From Spirochaetia bacterium (GTDB taxonomy: Bacteria; Spirochaetota; Spirochaetia; SZUA-6; Bin103): DNA of 64,000 nt. Within the stretch, counting starts at the first letter, position 1. Each line of letters opens with the position of its first letter. The stretch covers positions 1-64,000 of the forward strand of contig CBDAOI010000003.1 in NCBI GenBank assembly GCA_965198005.1, written 5' to 3'. The position numbers were made by a program, and so were the translations under genes. Below are positions 61,001 to 64,000 of the stretch, piece after piece. Under the pieces are notes generated by a model, which ran no database searches, was not told the DNA's origin, and saw only the letters and a list, made by a program, of their open reading frames with translations.

Positions 61001-62071
61001 AGCGGACAAGCCGCGCAGCGTGGTAACCACGACGCCATCTTCGCCGGTCAGCAAAGAGATGACACGCCTTGCCGGAAGACCATCGCCGATGACGCGGGCG
61101 AGATGCTTCGCGCCGATGAACTCGGCGATATGGCGATGAACAGGGACAAACCGGGAGGGAGGCTCGGCCGTAAACAGCCCCGTCGCGAGCGCCGGACGCA
61201 GGAGGTGAGGGTCGTACTGACAATCGCCCAGTTCAACGTAGTCGCCATTTGCGCGAGCCTGGCTCAATGCGAAGCCCGCCGCCCCGGACGTGAGAGAAAT
61301 CGCGCACAAGCGCCCGGCGGCATCCACAAGATCGGATGGGTGCGGCTGAGGTTCAGCTAGGTTCCGATCTTCGTTGTGCTCCGTGGCCAGAAGCAAGCCG
61401 GCCCGTTCAAATAGCTCACGGCGGCTCGCCGGCCAATTCTCCTCCTGCCCCTCCTCGCCGATGCCAACTACGTCCGCAAGCAGGAGCAGGCTCTGAGGGT
61501 TTTCAAGCAACCCTTCGACTCCGCGTTCCCCCGCTTGGCCGATGAATGCGCGAGCTCCCTCGGCATCCGTCCGGTGATCCAGGATTCGTTCAACGTCGGC
61601 GGGCGTCAGAGGATCAAGACGGAGCATCGCCACCTGAGTGTTCTGAGGCGCCACCGATGCCAGATTCTTGCGATCGTTCTCACCGAGCCAGTCCGCTGCC
61701 CGGCACGATAAGCGGAAGCGTGGCTTGCCCAGCTTGTCGAGGCGGCGGCGGATCTCATCGAACGGGGTCCTTGCGTCGGACGACCCGGCTCGCACCTCAT
61801 CGAGCCCATCGATGAAGAGGGTCTTGTCGCGCCATTCGGGATGGTCGTCCGGGTCAAACGTTGTGAAGTCGCGGGCGGTAATACGCAGCACTTGATCGCC
61901 GTGCGCCTTGCATTCGGTAGCGAACGCGGTAGTCTTGCCGGCGCCGGGGTCTCCAAGGAGCACGTACGCCGCACCGTCCCGATACTCCTTCAACGGCCGC
62001 GAATCCGGCGGGCGCCGCCGATCGTCAGCGGCAGGACGAATCTCGGTGCACGTGCGATCGACCAGACTCAT
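58058..62071 (-). CDS. NACHT/STAND NTPase with long helical region and C-terminal PD-(D/E)xK nuclease
   Basis: LLGDPGAGKT, FIDGLDE, RLSCR, NPQSL, HRHIAEF; C-terminus HEDHCRD...KRADI...PVEIKK...NQLVAKY...GIYLVFWFG. Confidence 0.82.
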   Translation of the reverse strand: MSLVDRTCTEIRPAADDRRRPPDSRPLKEYRDGAAYVLLGDPGAGKTTAFATECKAHGDQVLRITARDFTTFDPDDHPEWRDKTLFIDGLDEVRAGSSDARTPFDEIRRRLDKLGKPRFRLSCRAADWLGENDRKNLASVAPQNTQVAMLRLDPLTPADVERILDHRTDAEGARAFIGQAGERGVEGLLENPQSLLLLADVVGIGEEGQEENWPASRRELFERAGLLLATEHNEDRNLAEPQPHPSDLVDAAGRLCAISLTSGAAGFALSQARANGDYVELGDCQYDPHLLRPALATGLFTAEPPSRFVPVHRHIAEFIGAKHLARVIGDGLPARRVISLLTGEDGVVVTTLRGLSAWLAALCEDARLELIRRDPIGVVSYGDVQGFSPGEKQNLLEALGREASRLNSVSWTASTLGAVATPGMERQLQAILDSRNEQPPTLVALVLVALAHGEPLPSLADSLICIVYGENRWAQYPKMALKAYIHNCRDRDVAQRKLEQLLVDIAADNVTDWQDQLTAVALSHLYPHQIPPSKIWDHLTESANQYAAEYRHFWRSDLAANSSDAHVAQLLDELVTRSESLKSVLENRHLKDVPVALLARGIEVWGDSLTTRRLFDWLHVDPFRSMHPSGEAYRRIRIWLEQRPEIQKEIVTEYVNGSPEMPMELNIRELLYHSSPPADFGHWCLKQAADATDFRTADFYFTQSCHSAAMQDGDQGVSIEDLVMGARTSELLRGIWEKWRVHRLSEDHWSSYGRRQSYTQERESRRRSFVALVRSEANALHDDRCHPRLLHELSKAYLGLFSDVNGADAEKRMKELFDDETPLVDAALAGMRGAPFREDVPEVEEIIGLLGSNEDYLIALPVLVGIDELDDLRKLSDEQLRKAFAFHFCTFEENARIRARRLLDANATVAGEILVQCVSAKMRNGTYDSTIAYELGVGDYTPIAGQAVLPLLSAFPLRTAQRQAIAMLDELLIAALLRADRTALLALIAGKLSRVSMSAAQRVRWLAAEVVAAPNTCLNRLREFVAEQELRVSQLAAFLLRTGPQLDDLPTATLETFVDLLARRVAPWNALETEGFVANQNESAREGAADCVRRMIRTLADRPDQDTSDALGRLAAEPALDEWRRSLQDAVDRQRVIHRDATYQHPSVEQVCRTLKAGTPANAGDLAALLTDRLVELARRIRTGNTDDWRQFWSEPPERDPTPKHEDHCRDALLSDLRQRLPAGVDAQPEGQYANDKRADIRVAFQDFEVPVEIKKNRHRYLWSAARNQLVAKYASAPATGGYGIYLVFWFGKDHMPPPPTGAPPSGSEELQMRLEATLSEDERRKISVVVVDVQHM

Positions 62072-63342
62072 GCTTCCTCGAACCACGTGGCCGCCGGCGC
62101 CGTGAGGAACTCGTTGAGCGGGACACCACCAGCCCCCACGAGCAACGAACGCAGGCCTGCAGACCCGCCGAACCGTTTCGCAAACGCATCCAGCCCCCGC
62201 GTATCGGAGCGGCGCGCGGGCCCGCTCTTGACTTCGATGGCGACCAGCTGGTGACCGCGTTGCAGGACGAAATCGACCTCAGTTTGACTGTCCCGCCAGT
62301 AGCGCACGCGAATGTTGCGAGCCGCGGTGTTGTGGAGGTGGGCGCCCACGGCGCTTTCCACGATGCGCCCCCAGAACGTACGGTCCGCCTGTGCGGCCGC
62401 GAAGGAATAGCCCGAGTCGGCGGTCATCAGCGCCGTGTTGAGGACGTTTAGCTTCGGGCTCGATGCCCGAAGTCTGACGGCGCTGCCCGCGTAGTTCTGC
62501 AGCCCGGCGATCAGACCGGCGCTCCCCAGGAGCTCGAGGTAGCGTGCCAACGTAGTCGTGTTGCCGGCGTCCCAGAGCTGGCCGAGCATCTTGGTGTAGG
62601 AGAGCACCTGTCCCGAGTGGGCCGCGGCCAATTCAACCAGCCGTTTCAGAAGTACCGGCTTGTCGACCCGGGTCAGCGCGAGAAGGTCGCGCTCGACGGT
62701 CGGCTCGACGATCCCGCCAAGCACGTAGTTGCGCCACCGCTCCTCGTTCCGTACGAGGCTCGCGGCGCCCGGATAGCCGCCGAAGTAGAGATAGGTCGGT
62801 AGGTCGAAGCCGAATGCCGCGGCCATTTCGGCGAACGACCAATGTGCCACGCGGATCGGCTCGAACCGCCCGGTCAGGCTCTCACTCAGCCCCTGCTGCA
62901 TCAACAAAGGCGCAGAACCAAGGATCACCACGCGCAACGGGCAGCCCCTGGCGCGGTCGGCATCCCACAAGCCCTTGACCGTTTCGGACCATCCCGGAAT
63001 CTTCTGCACTTCGTCGATCACCAGGATACCGCCATCGGGCGCCCGCTCCGCGGCAAGTCGTGCCGATTCCCAGTTCCGCACCAACCATCGGGGGTCGCGG
63101 CGGTCGGGCGGCACTTGCGGCCCTACCGAAATGTCGCCGGCCGCCAGGTCCTCATCTCCGAGTCCGCCGGGATCGGGTTTATCGACTGCCAAATAACGGC
63201 TTGCTGCCTCGGTGCGGCGTAGCGCCTCACGCGCGATGGTCGACTTCCCCGTCTGGCGCGGCCCGAACAGTGCGATGATCCTCTCCGGCGTCTCGCGCAG
63301 GCGGGCGCTCAGCGTGTCCAGTTGAGCGCGATGGTAAGCCAC
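62068..63342 (-). CDS. AAA_14 ATPase + DUF4143 protein
   Basis: GPRQTGKST, IDEVQK, GSAPLL, ESLTGR, GGYPG, GRIVES, YWRD..EVDF..AIEVKSG; likely GTG start 63342; ATGA overlap with the next gene. Confidence 0.88.
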   Translation of the reverse strand: MAYHRAQLDTLSARLRETPERIIALFGPRQTGKSTIAREALRRTEAASRYLAVDKPDPGGLGDEDLAAGDISVGPQVPPDRRDPRWLVRNWESARLAAERAPDGGILVIDEVQKIPGWSETVKGLWDADRARGCPLRVVILGSAPLLMQQGLSESLTGRFEPIRVAHWSFAEMAAAFGFDLPTYLYFGGYPGAASLVRNEERWRNYVLGGIVEPTVERDLLALTRVDKPVLLKRLVELAAAHSGQVLSYTKMLGQLWDAGNTTTLARYLELLGSAGLIAGLQNYAGSAVRLRASSPKLNVLNTALMTADSGYSFAAAQADRTFWGRIVESAVGAHLHNTAARNIRVRYWRDSQTEVDFVLQRGHQLVAIEVKSGPARRSDTRGLDAFAKRFGGSAGLRSLLVGAGGVPLNEFLTAPAATWFEEA

Positions 63343-63413
63343 AATCGTCAATGTCTGATATTGAGTAAACACAGTCAAGGTAGGCACATTGGCAGCAATG
63401 CTCAATATGGAGC

Positions 63414-64000
63414 GCCACGGCGCCGGTCCCGGCAGCATCGCCAGCGGCGGCGACAGCTCCCGGTAGCGCCCCGCGCGGCTGAGCACGGAGTGGCGCCGCG
63501 AGGGGGCGCGGCTGCGCCGGGACGTGGGCAGGCTGCAGCGGGAGCCGGAGACGCCACCTCGCCACGTTGGCCGGAGCGGATGATCTGATGGTCGATCCCG
63601 CCGGCGTCGGGCCTGCCATTCCGGGGCGGCTGGAACGTCGCGCCGCCTGTACGAGGAGGCTGCCGGCGTCGTCCCGGCGGGCGTGACCCCGGCCGCCGCG
63701 TCGATCCGCAGCCGCCGCGCTCAACAACTGCGGCAGGCCGGCATCTGGGTGTGTTCTGAATGCGCCTGCCGGCAGCCCGGCTCCATTTACCAGGTTCGGT
63801 TCGGCGGCCGTATGCCAGGCGAACCGCACGGCCGCGTGGCAAGGTAGAGCTTTCGTAGCGTATACGAGGGCGAATGGGAAATACTTCCTTGGAGTTACGG
63901 CCCCCCCGTCGTATCGATCCCCCTACGGCACGACGCCGACCAGGGGGACCGCGTGGCCCATTTTACTCTCGCCCAATCGCCCAATAAGGTTGCTCTTTGT
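63414..64000 (+). repeat. Long direct repeat, copy 2 (runs off the window; includes the 3' end of a second Mrr_N-like gene)
   Basis: Near-identity to 55690-56363. Confidence 0.85.

Noticed and set aside
63343-63486. Extended N-terminus of the AAA_14 gene
   Set aside because: Runs into the direct repeat and an AT-rich promoter-like segment; GTG 63342 fits the family's usual start position better

Overview
High-GC bacterial accessory region that reads as a large anti-phage defence island. Intact, visibly lower-GC cargo genes sit among IS elements and short, stitched-together gene fragments. Intact modules: (i) a PvuII-style divergent C-R/M locus with a C-box, an XRE controller missed by the ORF track, a putative PD-(D/E)xK-like nuclease with HEAT-like repeats, and a Zn-ribbon amino-methyltransferase; (ii) two tandem nuclease-STAND NTPase genes (Mrr/Cap4-like + nSTAND3-like + HEAT; NERD + NACHT-like); (iii) several HEPN-like genes, one coupled to a truncated TauD-like dioxygenase; (iv) a pentapeptide-FRG gene just downstream of an RT-less group II intron; (v) a four-gene Druantia type I-like operon; (vi) an AAA_14/DUF4143 ATPase coupled to a NACHT protein with a C-terminal nuclease. 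The most unusual structure is a ~1.25 kb chimeric, already-pseudogenised unit (FG-GAP/CRTAC1 piece + palindrome + hicB + antisense vapC piece). It is amplified into two tandem arrays (22.6-27.3 kb, 48.9-52.8 kb) plus four dispersed partial copies, all in the same orientation and bracketing the defence blocks. No rRNA, tRNA or CRISPR array was seen. All domain calls come from reading motifs by eye, not from database searches. Some single-base frameshifts may be assembly errors.
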